From NCBI GenBank assembly GCA_016935525.1, contig JAFGQU010000022.1:12471-76470 (forward strand): a DNA stretch of 64,000 nucleotides. The letters are read 5' to 3'. The position numbers and the translations under genes are program-made. This document shows, in pieces, positions 47,027 through 57,189 of the stretch. The notes under the pieces were generated by a model. It did not search any database and was not told the DNA's origin. It was given only the letters and a program-made list of their open reading frames with translations. This DNA is from Candidatus Omnitrophota bacterium (GTDB lineage: Bacteria > Omnitrophota > Gorgyraeia > Duberdicusellales > 4484-171). The number at the start of each line of letters is the position of its first letter. Position 1 is the stretch's first letter.

Positions 47027-48201
47027 TATAGATTGTCCATGAATTCTTTTATGCGACGGGCGCCTTCTTTGATCTGTTCAGTACTCGTCGCAAAACTGAT
47101 ACGGATATACCCTTCAATACCGAATCCTTCCGAAGGAATAACGGCAACGGAGTGTGTATCAAGAAGCCGGGAAGCAAAATCATAAGCCGAAAGGCCGCTT
47201 TGGGAAATATCGCAGAAAAGATAAAAAGTCCCCTGGGGCTTTAACGGTGAAAGCGACGGGTGTCCGCTCAAGCTCTCAAATAACAGGTCCCGCCTTTCCT
47301 GAAAAATCTTTTTGATGTGCCCGGTCCACTCCTGTCCTTTAGCCAACGCGACACATGCTGCTTTTTGAGCGATAGAATTTGCCCCGCTGGTAGTATGGTC
47401 GATCATTTTTGACGCTTCCTGAACAAATTTGACCGGAGCGGCGATATAACCCAGTCGCCAGCCGGTCATAGAAAAACATTTGGAAAATCCGTTCACCGTG
47501 ATTGTCCGGTTATACGCTTCCTTATTAAGAGCCGCAAAACTCGTATGGGTTCTTTTATCGAAAAGTATATGTTCGTAGATCTCGTCGCTTAATACCCAAA
47601 GATTACTATCTTTAATGACATCCCAGAGGGCTTTAAGTTCAGATTCGGTATACGTCACGCCGGTGGGGTTGGAAGGATAATTTAAAATGATCAGTTTTGA
47701 TCGGGCGGTGATCGCCGCCGCAAGCTTCTTCGGATCGATCTTAAATCCGTTTTCTCTATGTGTGGGAAGAGTACGGACTTTCGCACCGGCAATCTTTGCC
47801 ATCTCCGGGTAACTTACCCAGTAGGGTTCGGGAAGGATGATCTCTGAATCTTTCTCGATCAAAGCAAAAATACCCAGGAACACAGAAAATTTAGCTCCGG
47901 TAGTCACCAGGATGTTTTCCGGAGTATAACCAAGAGAATTTTCGTTTTGAAGTTTTTCGACAATACCGGCTTTAAGCTCGGGAGCGCCGGAAGAGGGCGT
48001 ATATTTCGTAAATCCTTGGTCAAGTGCGTCTTTTGCCGCTTGTTTTATGAAATCCGGCGTATCGAAATCAGGCTCACCGGCGGCAAAGTTGATGATATCT
48101 TTACCTTCTTTTTTTAGCTTTTTCGCCAAAGCGGTGATCTTAAGCGTAGGCGACTTAGAAAGAGCCGTAACATGAGAATTAAACTGATTTAGAATCTCCA
48201 T
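47026..48201 (-). CDS. aspC: Aspartate aminotransferase (class I PLP)
   Basis: AGEPDFDTP, PSNPTG, SDEIY, NGFSK.FSMTGWRLGY. Confidence 0.9.
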   Translation of the reverse strand: MEILNQFNSHVTALSKSPTLKITALAKKLKKEGKDIINFAAGEPDFDTPDFIKQAAKDALDQGFTKYTPSSGAPELKAGIVEKLQNENSLGYTPENILVTTGAKFSVFLGIFALIEKDSEIILPEPYWVSYPEMAKIAGAKVRTLPTHRENGFKIDPKKLAAAITARSKLIILNYPSNPTGVTYTESELKALWDVIKDSNLWVLSDEIYEHILFDKRTHTSFAALNKEAYNRTITVNGFSKCFSMTGWRLGYIAAPVKFVQEASKMIDHTTSGANSIAQKAACVALAKGQEWTGHIKKIFQERRDLLFESLSGHPSLSPLKPQGTFYLFCDISQSGLSAYDFASRLLDTHSVAVIPSEGFGIEGYIRISFATSTEQIKEGARRIKEFMDNL

Positions 48202-48221
48202 TAGGAAAAATAACGGTTTGG

Positions 48222-48387
48222 TTATCCCGACGCGATAAAACTCCGGCTTTTAAGCCGGAGATAGAAACTCTGGTCGGGATTCCGCTCCTGCGGAATCATA
48301 AAGAGAACCTACGGGCTTTCCCGCACCTTATTGTTTTTATTCAGCGAGATCCCGGAATGTCCGGAATAGCCCGTGGAGCTTCATTTT
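48222..48387. mobile_element. Non-autonomous IS200/IS605-like hairpin element, copy B
   Basis: Colinear with 3297-3461; hairpin CTCCGGCTTTTAAGCCGGAG. Confidence 0.5.
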
Positions 48388-48896
48388 CTATCCGAAGATT
48401 TTTTCTTGAACATCTCCTTTACTCCGTGAATGAGTCCTCCTTTAGGCTGTTTTTCTTTTGATTCGGGAGATGTCGCTTTTTCTTTTTTCTCTTCGGTTTC
48501 TTTTTGGGTCTTCTTTTTAGCCTTTTTCTCTTCTTTTTTCTCTCTTTTGGTGAATTCGATCAAAGCCAGCGATGCGCCGTCACCGGGCCGGGTAGCCAAC
48601 GGGATGATCCGGGTATATCCCCCGGCGATTTCGCTGAATCTCGGAGCGATCACATCAAAAACCTTTTTCACCAAACGATGATCGTTAAGAAGCTGATAGG
48701 CCTGACGGCGGGTATGCAGAGTATTATCTTTACCCAATCCGATGAGTTTATCGGCCCAGGCGCGTAATCCTTTTGCTTTAGCTCTGGTGGTCTTGATAGA
48801 CTCGTAGATCACCAGCGAACGCAATAGACTTCTTATGAGCGCTTTACGTTGAGCCCGGGAACGGGAAAATTTTTCGTTCTTTTTACGATGCCTCAT
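48381..48896 (-). CDS. rplQ: 50S ribosomal protein L17 with charged C-terminal extension
   Basis: MRHRK, IKTT.AKAK, GGYTRI. Confidence 0.96.
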   Translation of the reverse strand: MRHRKKNEKFSRSRAQRKALIRSLLRSLVIYESIKTTRAKAKGLRAWADKLIGLGKDNTLHTRRQAYQLLNDHRLVKKVFDVIAPRFSEIAGGYTRIIPLATRPGDGASLALIEFTKREKKEEKKAKKKTQKETEEKKEKATSPESKEKQPKGGLIHGVKEMFKKKSSDRK

Positions 48897-49879
48897 ACCA
48901 TTTCAAGTTTTTTGGGGTCTATTTTTGTCCCTAACGATAACCCCATGGTTTTCAATAAGTTAGTGATCTCGTTTAAAGATTTCTTCCCGAAATTCCTATA
49001 GGCGAGCATTTCCGCTTCAGCCTTGGATACCAGTTCGGAAAGACTCTTGATGTTGGCCTCTCTCAGACAGTTGGCGCTTCTTACCGATAATTCCAATTCG
49101 GAAATAGGGATCTTAAGTTTCTCATAGAACGCGATCTCCTCCGGAGTGAGTTCTTCGATCTCTTCTTCCGGTATCTCACCCAAAGTAAAGAAAAGTTCCA
49201 GATGCTTACTGAACACTTTCGAAGCATAGATCAACGCCTCTTTGGGTTCGATACTGCCGTTAGTGGTTATTTCCAGGATAAGTTTGTCGTAATCGGTCCG
49301 TTTACCGACTCGGGCGTTCTCTACTTTAAAATTGACTTTTTTTACCGGGGTAAAGATAGAATCGATAGGAATCACCCCGATAGGCATATCTTCCTGCTTA
49401 TTCATATCCGCCGGAACAAATCCGCGCCCCTTGCCTACTTCCATCTCAATGTCTATCTTTGAATTCTTTGAAGTCAATTCGGCGACATGCAGATCGGGAT
49501 TTACCACTTCGATGCTTTCATCGGTGGTAATATCTCCAGCCGTAACATTCTTTTCTCCAGTTATTTTTAAGGTGATCTTACGGGGTGATTTCGAATAGGA
49601 ACGCAACACAATATTTTTAATATTGAGGATAAGTTCGGGAAAGTCTTCTTTGACGCCGGGTATCGTAGAGAATTCATGCGATGCCCCTTCTACTTTAATA
49701 GAAGTCACTGCCGCACCCTCAATTGACGAAAGCAATGCCCGTCTTAATGAATTTCCCAGCGTAACTCCATACCCTCGTTCTAACGGTTCAGCGATAAATT
49801 TTCCGTAGAAGGGTGTATATGATTCTTCTTCGATGATGATACGCTTGGGAAATTGAAAATCGCGCCATGTAATGCCCAT
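48893..49879 (-). CDS. rpoA: RNA polymerase alpha subunit
   Basis: EPLERGYGVTLGNSLRR, LELSVRSANCL, NFGKKSL. Confidence 0.98.
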   Translation of the reverse strand: MGITWRDFQFPKRIIIEEESYTPFYGKFIAEPLERGYGVTLGNSLRRALLSSIEGAAVTSIKVEGASHEFSTIPGVKEDFPELILNIKNIVLRSYSKSPRKITLKITGEKNVTAGDITTDESIEVVNPDLHVAELTSKNSKIDIEMEVGKGRGFVPADMNKQEDMPIGVIPIDSIFTPVKKVNFKVENARVGKRTDYDKLILEITTNGSIEPKEALIYASKVFSKHLELFFTLGEIPEEEIEELTPEEIAFYEKLKIPISELELSVRSANCLREANIKSLSELVSKAEAEMLAYRNFGKKSLNEITNLLKTMGLSLGTKIDPKKLEMV

Positions 49880-49904
49880 ATGACCTCCTTATGTACTTTA
49901 GGCG

Positions 49905-50543
49905 TTATTTCGAATATAATTCAACTATTAATTGTTCATTCACCGGTAAGATCAAATCTTCTTTTTCCGGTAATCGGGAAACTTTCAGTTTCAGATTTTC
50001 TTTGTCGACATCAAGCCAGGTAGGCGTGCTGCGACTTTTTGCGTTTACATCTATATTTAATTTTATCAATTTCGCATAACTTTCCGACGCTTTGAAGAAG
50101 ATCTCATCGTTTGTTTTGACATGATATGACGGAATATCTACCCGCCGACCGTTTACAAACACAAATCCATGTTTTACCATTTGCCGAGCTTCGGTACGCG
50201 AAAGAGCAAACAGCGCGCGGAAAATGACATTATCCAGGCGCCGTTCAAGCAATTCGATAAGTTTACGTCCGGTAGCACCTTTTGTTCTGGTGGCGATAGT
50301 ATAGTATATCCGGAACTGCTTTTCTAGCATCCCATACATTCTCTTTACTTTCTGTTTTTCCCGTAACTGTTGAGAATAATAAGATGCTTTCTTTTGCCTG
50401 CCGGTACCTTTTCCGTGAAATCCGGGAGCATAGGGGCGTTTAGTAAAAGGACATTTTTCGGCAATGCATTTGGGCCCTTTTAAAAACAGTTTCATCCCTT
50501 CCCGGCGGCATAACTTGCATTTTGCTTCTAAATATCGTCCCAT
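49905..50543 (-). CDS. rpsD: 30S ribosomal protein S4
   Basis: MGRY..CKLCRREG, QLREKQK, LERRLDN, IVELYSK. Confidence 0.97.
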   Translation of the reverse strand: MGRYLEAKCKLCRREGMKLFLKGPKCIAEKCPFTKRPYAPGFHGKGTGRQKKASYYSQQLREKQKVKRMYGMLEKQFRIYYTIATRTKGATGRKLIELLERRLDNVIFRALFALSRTEARQMVKHGFVFVNGRRVDIPSYHVKTNDEIFFKASESYAKLIKLNIDVNAKSRSTPTWLDVDKENLKLKVSRLPEKEDLILPVNEQLIVELYSK

Positions 50544-50625
50544 TCTTTTTACCTCACATTTATTGGTTAATTCTTTCAAGTAACGCGTAACGCGACACGC
50601 GTAACGCGTAAAAACAATACATTCT

Positions 50626-51015
50626 TTATACTCGCCGTTTTTTTCTCGGCCGGCAACCGTTATGGGGTACGGGCGTCACATCCTTTACTCGCCGCACATT
50701 TAAACCCGCACTCTGTAATGAACGGATAGCTGCTTCTCTTCCCGGTCCGGGCCCTTTGACAAAGACTTCCACATCGGTAAGTCCAACATCTTTAAGCCGT
50801 CTGGCAACATTAAATGCGGCAAGCTGGGCGGCGTAAGGAGTAGATTTTTTTGTCCCCTTAAACCCGATAGACCCGCCTGATGACCAGGCCAGGGTGTTCC
50901 CTTCCATATCGGTAATAGTGATGATCACATTGTTGAACGTCGCATTGATATGGGCCTGTCCCATATTGGACTTTAAATGTATCTTCTTTTTTTTCTCTCT
51001 TCTCTTTTTAGCCAT
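50626..51015 (-). CDS. rpsK: 30S ribosomal protein S11
   Basis: [21 protein letters not shown]. Confidence 0.98.
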   Translation of the reverse strand: MAKKRREKKKKIHLKSNMGQAHINATFNNVIITITDMEGNTLAWSSGGSIGFKGTKKSTPYAAQLAAFNVARRLKDVGLTDVEVFVKGPGPGREAAIRSLQSAGLNVRRVKDVTPVPHNGCRPRKKRRV

Positions 51016-51027
51016 TATGTACTCCTC

Positions 51028-51396
51028 TTATCGTTTTATCCCACCGACACGAGCTTTAGGCCCTTTTCGGGTCCGGGCGTTACATTTAGTCCTTTGTCCG
51101 CGGACCGGCAATCCCCGTTTATGGCGCGTGCCCCGGTAACTGCTTATTTCGATGAGCCGGCGGATATTCTGAGAAATATCCCGCCGCAATTCTCCTTCTA
51201 TTTTATAATTTGCCTGGATATAGGTAGTGATCCGGGAAACTTCTTCTTCGTTTAAGTCGGATGCCCGTTTATTCGCATCTATTTTGGTATTATCCAGGAT
51301 GAGTTTTGCATAATGCGGACCGATTCCGTAAAGATATTGTAAAGAATACAGGATCTTTTTATTTTTGGGAATATCAACACCAAAGATTCTCGGCAT
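51028..51396 (-). CDS. rpsM: 30S ribosomal protein S13
   Basis: RIFGVDIP, GLPVRGQRT..NARTRKG. Confidence 0.98.
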   Translation of the reverse strand: MPRIFGVDIPKNKKILYSLQYLYGIGPHYAKLILDNTKIDANKRASDLNEEEVSRITTYIQANYKIEGELRRDISQNIRRLIEISSYRGTRHKRGLPVRGQRTKCNARTRKGPKARVGGIKR

Positions 51397-51551
51397 AGTA
51401 CCTCCTTTAATGAGACCGCAACTTATGGAATGATCATAAGTTGCATGGTCGAATTAAACCCTTGACAATTTTGCATAAAATCGTCAAGGGTGAATTCAGT
51501 CGACAGATTTATGTTCGTTCGCTTCTCTCTCTTCATAACTCTGGACTTCAT

Positions 51552-51665
51552 TCAGCCTTGTTTCTGTTTATGTTTAGGGTTTTTACAGATTATCCTTACG
51601 ATCCCTTTACGCCGGATAATCCTGCAATTTTCGCACATTTTTTTTACTGACGAACGTACTTTCAT
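51552..51665 (-). CDS. rpmJ: 50S ribosomal protein L36 (not in ORF track)
   Basis: Manual translation [37 protein letters not shown]. Confidence 0.96.
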   Translation of the reverse strand: MKVRSSVKKMCENCRIIRRKGIVRIICKNPKHKQKQG

Positions 51666-51706
51666 TTTTCCAATCCTTATAAAGAGATTACGGCAATCCC
51701 TGTTTT

Positions 51707-51925
51707 CTATTTATACCTATAGGTTATTCTGCCCCGGGTCAGGTCATACGGCGATAATTCCAGTTTCACCTTATCCCCCGGTAGGATCTTAATAAAGTGC
51801 ATGCGCATTTTCCCGCTTACATGGGCAAGCACTATATGGTTATTTTCAAGCTTTACCCGAAACATCGCGTTCGGCAACGTTTCTACTATTTCTCCTTCAA
51901 CTTCTATTAACTCTTCTTTACTCAT
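51707..51925 (-). CDS. infA: Translation initiation factor IF-1
   Basis: [21 protein letters not shown]. Confidence 0.98.
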   Translation of the reverse strand: MSKEELIEVEGEIVETLPNAMFRVKLENNHIVLAHVSGKMRMHFIKILPGDKVKLELSPYDLTRGRITYRYK

Positions 51926-51929
51926 CGTT

Positions 51930-52679
51930 TTAAGCAGTAATAATACAGGGTCCCCGGCGCGTCACCGCGACCGTATGCTCAAAATGCACGCTTAAAGAGT
52001 TATCTTGTGTTTTTACTGTCCATCCGTCATCAAGGATCGCGACTTCAGATCCGCCGGAAGTCACCATCGGCTCGATTGCGATCACCATACCCTCTTTGAG
52101 TATTTCTCCGGTATTCTCCACACCGAAATTAGGCACCTCCGGAGGGCAATGTAATACTCTCCCGATTCCATGACCGACGAATTTTCGGATGACCGAGAAA
52201 CCGTTGGATTCTACGTAATTTTGAATCGTAGAACCGATATCGCCGATATAAGCTCCTATCCGAACTTTTTTTAAAGCCCGGGCAAGCGAATTATGTCCGA
52301 CTTTCAGCAACTTTCGGCCGATCGCCGAAACCTTCCCGGTCGGATACGTGTATGCGGTATCAACAAATAATCCTTTATATTTAATACCTAAATCAACACT
52401 CACAAAATCTCCGTCTTTGATAATGTGTTCCGGCCGCGGAATACCGTGGATGATCTCGTCGTTTATCGATACGCATAAAGATGCCGGATAATCGCAGTAC
52501 CCTTTAAATGCCGCGTCCATTCCCGGATAACGCGCGAGCATCTTATCGAAATGGATTTCGATATCTTTTGTAGATATACCCGGCCGTATAATCCGGCGTA
52601 ATTGTTTTAAAAACTGGCCGGCGACTTTGCCCGGTATCCGCATTGTGTTGATCTCTTCAGGAGAGAGAATATTATCCAT
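51930..52679 (-). CDS. map: Methionine aminopeptidase
   Basis: CVSIND..HGIP, GHGIG, AIEPM, HFEHT. Confidence 0.96.
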   Translation of the reverse strand: MDNILSPEEINTMRIPGKVAGQFLKQLRRIIRPGISTKDIEIHFDKMLARYPGMDAAFKGYCDYPASLCVSINDEIIHGIPRPEHIIKDGDFVSVDLGIKYKGLFVDTAYTYPTGKVSAIGRKLLKVGHNSLARALKKVRIGAYIGDIGSTIQNYVESNGFSVIRKFVGHGIGRVLHCPPEVPNFGVENTGEILKEGMVIAIEPMVTSGGSEVAILDDGWTVKTQDNSLSVHFEHTVAVTRRGPCIITA

Positions 52680-53307
52680 TTTTTAAAAGAGATGAGATAT
52701 CCATAAATACTTCCTGAGCGTCTTTATTGGCATCGACGACGAGCAGGTTGTCTTCCTTTTGATAATAATCCTTTAACGGGGCGCTTTCAGCTTCAAACAC
52801 TTCGATCCGTTTCTCGATCACTTCCGGATTATCATCTTTACGTTGAATCAATTTCGAACCGCACGCATCACAGACCCCTTCTACTTTAGGGGGCATATTG
52901 GTTATGTGAAAATTCGCGCCGCATTGCGGGCATATTCTCCGGCCAGAAAGGCGTTTTACAACCGTTTCGGTAGTCACGTCAAGATAGACAACTGCCGTTA
53001 TCTGGATGTGTTTCCGTTCGAATATTTTTTGTAGATTTTCTGCCTGAGCAAGATTTCGGGGATACCCGTCAAGGACAAACCCTTCATCCTTTATATTCTC
53101 TTCGATCACAGCCCCGACTACTTCATCGGGAACAAGTACACCCTGTTCCATATACTGTTTGACTTTTCTGCCCAGCTCGGAATCTTTCTTTACTTCTTCA
53201 CGTAAAATATCGCCTAAAGATATCTTGCGAATTTTAAAATTTTTGGCTAAGACGACTGCTTGGGTCCCTTTCCCCGAACCGGGAGCACCTAATAATATCA
53301 ATTTCAT
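52672..53307 (-). CDS. adk: Adenylate kinase
   Basis: GAPGSGKGTQ, LDGYPR, zinc-binding lid CxxC...CxxC. Confidence 0.97.
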   Translation of the reverse strand: MKLILLGAPGSGKGTQAVVLAKNFKIRKISLGDILREEVKKDSELGRKVKQYMEQGVLVPDEVVGAVIEENIKDEGFVLDGYPRNLAQAENLQKIFERKHIQITAVVYLDVTTETVVKRLSGRRICPQCGANFHITNMPPKVEGVCDACGSKLIQRKDDNPEVIEKRIEVFEAESAPLKDYYQKEDNLLVVDANKDAQEVFMDISSLLKNG

Positions 53308-54662
53308 TTTCTTCCTCTCAATCTGGTTCCTGATTTGCCGAATCCTTCATACCCTTGAGCTAATATCTGTCCTTCGATCTGGCGCATAGTGTCTAAGAGA
53401 ACTCCGACCATGATCAACACGGTAGTGCCTCCGAAAAATGAAGTAATCGCATAAGAAGGAACATTGAACACTTTCATAACCATATTCGGTAACGTAGCAA
53501 TAACCGCAATATATACCGCTCCGATAAATACGATCCGGGTCGCGACAAAATCCAGATAATCAGCCGTAGGTTTACCGGGTCTGATCCCCGGTATAAATCC
53601 TCCGTATTTTTTAAGATTATTGGCAATTTCTACGGGGTTAAAGACGATTGCCGTATAAAAATACATAAAAAACATGATTAACGAGACATAAATAAGGTTA
53701 TACCAGAGCCCGTGTTCACGAAAGATTGTCTGAATGACCATAGTGAATTTATTCGTACCCGGGAAAAAAGTAGCAAGCGTTGCCGGGAACAGGATAACGC
53801 TTTGCGTAAAAATGATGGCGATGACTCCCGACATATCGAGTTTTATCGGTAAATAGGTGCTTTGCCCGCCGTAGACCCGTCGGCCGACGATACGTTTCCC
53901 GTATTGGATCGGAATACGCCGTTGAGCCTGAGTAAACAGCACGACCGCTACTACTACCGCAAGCCAGATGAGAATAAGACTTACTACCGTCACGGTACTG
54001 ATTTGCCGTTTTGCCGCATCAAGCGGAGAATAAAGGACCCACAATTGATACAAAGAACTGGGAATACGGGAGATAATACTCGTCATAATGATCAAAGAAA
54101 TCCCATTACCGATACCCCGTTCCTGGATCTGTTCACCTAACCACATGATAAATACCGTACCGCAGGTAAGAGTTAATACCGTTACCACGCGAAAGATGAG
54201 CCCCGGGTCGGGAACAATAAGGATACCGCGAAAATTATTCGGGTTTTCCAACCACAACGCGAGCATAAATCCCTGCAATAGGCAGATGACTAACGTGAGG
54301 TAACGGGTATACTGGTTGATCTTTTCGTATCCGGCTTTTCCTTCCCGCGCCAGGTTTTCCAGGGCCGGGACCACACCGGTTAAAAGCTGCATAATGATCG
54401 AAGAAGAAATGTAAGGCATGACTCCTAAGGCGAAAATACTCAATCGCTGTAATGCTCCTCCGGTAAACATATTTACGATACCTAAAAGGGTTTCTCCCTG
54501 GATTTTACGTAGTTGTTCGAAAAAAGTAGCTAAAGCCACGCTGTCTACCCCGGGGGTAGGAATAAAACATCCCAGGCGGTATACGATAAGAAGAGAAAGA
54601 GTGATAATGATTTTCTTTCGTAATTCTTCGACCCGGAATATATTTTCTAAGGTTTCAAACAT
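53304..54662 (-). CDS. secY: Preprotein translocase SecY
   Basis: LGVMPYISSSIIMQL, GIGNGISL, IPGIRPG. Confidence 0.98.
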   Translation of the reverse strand: MFETLENIFRVEELRKKIIITLSLLIVYRLGCFIPTPGVDSVALATFFEQLRKIQGETLLGIVNMFTGGALQRLSIFALGVMPYISSSIIMQLLTGVVPALENLAREGKAGYEKINQYTRYLTLVICLLQGFMLALWLENPNNFRGILIVPDPGLIFRVVTVLTLTCGTVFIMWLGEQIQERGIGNGISLIIMTSIISRIPSSLYQLWVLYSPLDAAKRQISTVTVVSLILIWLAVVVAVVLFTQAQRRIPIQYGKRIVGRRVYGGQSTYLPIKLDMSGVIAIIFTQSVILFPATLATFFPGTNKFTMVIQTIFREHGLWYNLIYVSLIMFFMYFYTAIVFNPVEIANNLKKYGGFIPGIRPGKPTADYLDFVATRIVFIGAVYIAVIATLPNMVMKVFNVPSYAITSFFGGTTVLIMVGVLLDTMRQIEGQILAQGYEGFGKSGTRLRGRK

Positions 54663-55099
54663 TCAACCGATCCTCCGGCATTTTTGATCAATTCTTCGGC
54701 TTTTTTAGAAAACCGATGTGCAGAAAATGTAGCTTTAGTTTTAAAATCTCCCTTGATCCGGCCAAGTATTTTAACCGGCATTTTTTCATCGGAAATCAGT
54801 TGGGCTTTTTTTAACGTCTGCGGATTAATCTGGGGGGCATCTTTCATCTTTTTCTTCACGGATTCCAGGTTCACGATCTGATATTCCATAGGGTTTACGG
54901 AAGTAAATCCCCGTTTAGGTATCTTTCTGAAAAACGGGACATTCCCTCCTATCGCTCCGACATAAAATTTGGTACCGACCCGTTGCCCGGATCCTTTATG
55001 TCCGCGTCCTGAAGTCTTTCCGTGCCCGGATCCGGTTCCCCGGCCGACCCGTTTATTTTTTTTCTTTTTACGAGCTATGCGAATCTGAGACAGGTTCAT
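54647..55099 (-). CDS. rplO: 50S ribosomal protein L15
   Basis: RVGRG.GSG.GKTSGRGHKG. Confidence 0.96.
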   Translation of the reverse strand: MNLSQIRIARKKKKNKRVGRGTGSGHGKTSGRGHKGSGQRVGTKFYVGAIGGNVPFFRKIPKRGFTSVNPMEYQIVNLESVKKKMKDAPQINPQTLKKAQLISDEKMPVKILGRIKGDFKTKATFSAHRFSKKAEELIKNAGGSVECLKP

Positions 55100-55571
55100 C
55101 TTTTTTTTCCTTTAACTGGTCTAATCCATTGAAGGTCGCTTTCACCACGTTTATCGGGTTACGGGACTTACGCAGGATCTTTGTCAATATGTCATTAATA
55201 CCGGCACATTCACATATCGCCCGGACCGTCGCGCCGGCGATTACGCCGGTCCCTTTTGAAGCCGGTTTAAGCATCACTCTTACCGAGCCATACATCCCTT
55301 CGGTTTCATGGGGAATCGTCCGGTCCTCGACTTTTTTTACCTCTATTAATTCTCTTCTCGCTTTTTTAATCGCTTTTTTGATAGCACTGGCTACTTCATT
55401 GGCTTTGCCCATCGCGTAGCCTACTTTATCTCGACCGTCACCTACTACTACCAGCGCAGAAAATGCAAGGTTTTTCCCTCCCTTGGTAACTTTCGTGACC
55501 CGGTTAATGGAAATAACTCTTTCAATAAACGCCGGTTGCTCTGCTGTGTGTACTTGTCTTTCGGTCTCCAT
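55068..55571 (-). CDS. rpsE: 30S ribosomal protein S5
   Basis: INRVTKVTKGG, PAS.GTGVIAG. Confidence 0.97.
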   Translation of the reverse strand: METERQVHTAEQPAFIERVISINRVTKVTKGGKNLAFSALVVVGDGRDKVGYAMGKANEVASAIKKAIKKARRELIEVKKVEDRTIPHETEGMYGSVRVMLKPASKGTGVIAGATVRAICECAGINDILTKILRKSRNPINVVKATFNGLDQLKEKKDEPVSDSHSS

Positions 55572-55927
55572 TAAAAAATCAAACCTCCTTCACGGGCACC
55601 TTCGGCAATAGCCTTTATTTTACCGTGATATTTATAGCCTCCTTTATCAAAACATACATTTTTTATTCCCAATTCAATGGCTTTAGCGGCTAAAAGCTTG
55701 CCGACTTCTTTTGCCCCGGCCTGGGTAGAAGAACTGACCTTTTTTTCTTTAAACGGCTTACTCAGGCTGGAAAGTCCGGCAATGACTCGTTGCGTTTCGT
55801 CGTTCACGATCTGGGTATAGATATGTTTATTACTGCGAAATACCACCAATCGCGGCCGGCTTTCAGACCCTTTAATCTTTTTCGTGAACCGATATTGTCT
55901 TCTTTTTCTGGGATTCTTTTTCATCAT
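55571..55927 (-). CDS. rplR: 50S ribosomal protein L18
   Basis: RPRLVVFRSNKHIY, YHGKI.A.AEGARE. Confidence 0.96.
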   Translation of the reverse strand: MMKKNPRKRRQYRFTKKIKGSESRPRLVVFRSNKHIYTQIVNDETQRVIAGLSSLSKPFKEKKVSSSTQAGAKEVGKLLAAKAIELGIKNVCFDKGGYKYHGKIKAIAEGAREGGLIF

Positions 55928-55933
55928 ATCACC

Positions 55934-56473
55934 TTATTTGGTCATCGCTTTCCCTAATTTTTTACGGACTTCTTCACCGACATAGCGGATCCCTTTACCT
56001 TTGTACGGTTCCGGCGGATAAAGACTGCGTATTTTTGCGGCGAACTGACCTAATTGCTGTTTGTCATTTCCTTCGATGACGATTCTGGTTTGCCCTTCGA
56101 CCTTGGTCGTGAGCCCCTCCGGGACAGGCAGTTCGACCGGATGAGAGAAGCCGATACTTAAGGCAAGAGTGTTGCCTTTCATCTGGGCCTTATATCCCAT
56201 CCCGATGATCTCTAATTCACGTTTAAAGCCGGTAGTGATACCAATAACTACATTATTAAGCAACGCCCGGATGGTCCCATGAAGACTCTTGATCGGTTTC
56301 TCATCGGATAGTCTCTCTACCCATACCTGGCCGCCCTCTATTTTTGCGTTAATCCCTTTAGGTAACACAAAATCGTGCTTCCCTTTAGGACCTTCAAAAT
56401 GGATAGTCCTGTCCTTTAAGGTCGCGTTCACTTTTTCCGGTAGTGTTACTGGTTTTTTTCCTATTCTCGACAT
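55934..56473 (-). CDS. rplF: 50S ribosomal protein L6
   Basis: MSRIGK, PEPYKGKGIRY. Confidence 0.98.
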   Translation of the reverse strand: MSRIGKKPVTLPEKVNATLKDRTIHFEGPKGKHDFVLPKGINAKIEGGQVWVERLSDEKPIKSLHGTIRALLNNVVIGITTGFKRELEIIGMGYKAQMKGNTLALSIGFSHPVELPVPEGLTTKVEGQTRIVIEGNDKQQLGQFAAKIRSLYPPEPYKGKGIRYVGEEVRKKLGKAMTK

Positions 56474-56484
56474 ACGCTTCGCTT

Positions 56485-56570
56485 TACACAGATAATCACT
56501 GATTTAAAACAGATGATCGCTGATATTCTTTGTGGCTATCTGTGTTTTTTTATCTGTGCTCATCTGTGTT
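56485..56570. repeat. Inverted ACAGAT / ATCTGTG element between rpsH and rplF
   Basis: acacagat..cactgat..aacagatgatcgctgat ... atctgtg x3; shares cagatgatcgctgat with 15968-16057. Confidence 0.7.
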
Positions 56571-56571
56571 T

Positions 56572-56967
56572 TTACCATACATATCCTATAACTTCTCCGC
56601 CGACCCCCAATTCACGGGCTTTTTCGTCGGTGACTACCCCTTGAGAAGTCGATATAATAGCTACCCCGTATCCGCTTAACACTCTGGCCATAGCTTTCCG
56701 CTTATTATAGACTCTGCGGCCGGGAGTAGATACCCGTTGCAGGCTATGGATCGCGTTTTTCTTGCCTTCATAACGTAAATACACTTTTATCTGTTTGTGT
56801 TCGGGCGTATCCAATTCTTTAAAATTCTCTATAAATTTCTTTTCTTTCAGTATCTCCAGGACCCGTAACAGCATCCGGGAATGAGGAACGGCTACGTCTT
56901 CTTTACGGGCACGGATAGCATTACGTATCATTGTAAATCCATCGGCGATCATATCTGTTCTGCTCAT
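56572..56967 (-). CDS. rpsH: 30S ribosomal protein S8
   Basis: DMIAD..T.IRNA, STPGRRVY, GGEVI. Confidence 0.97.
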   Translation of the reverse strand: MSRTDMIADGFTMIRNAIRARKEDVAVPHSRMLLRVLEILKEKKFIENFKELDTPEHKQIKVYLRYEGKKNAIHSLQRVSTPGRRVYNKRKAMARVLSGYGVAIISTSQGVVTDEKARELGVGGEVIGYVW

Positions 56968-56986
56968 AATATCCTCTCGTCTTTAA

Positions 56987-57181
56987 TTACCAGCTTGCTT
57001 TTTTTACTCCAGGAACCAATCCCTGCCAGGCAAGCTGTCTAAAACAGATCCGGCAAAGTTCAAAATCCCGGATATATCCGCGCGGCCGGCCGCAACGGCG
57101 ACAACGATTTTTTCTGCGGGTAGAAAACTTCGGTGCCTTCTGGTCACGCTTCCATTTTTCTTTCATTGCTTTTGTCGACAT
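56987..57181 (-). CDS. rpsN: 30S ribosomal protein S14 (zinc type)
   Basis: NRCRRCGRP...[15 protein letters not shown]. Confidence 0.97.
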   Translation of the reverse strand: MSTKAMKEKWKRDQKAPKFSTRRKNRCRRCGRPRGYIRDFELCRICFRQLAWQGLVPGVKKASW

Positions 57182-57189
57182 AACACCTC

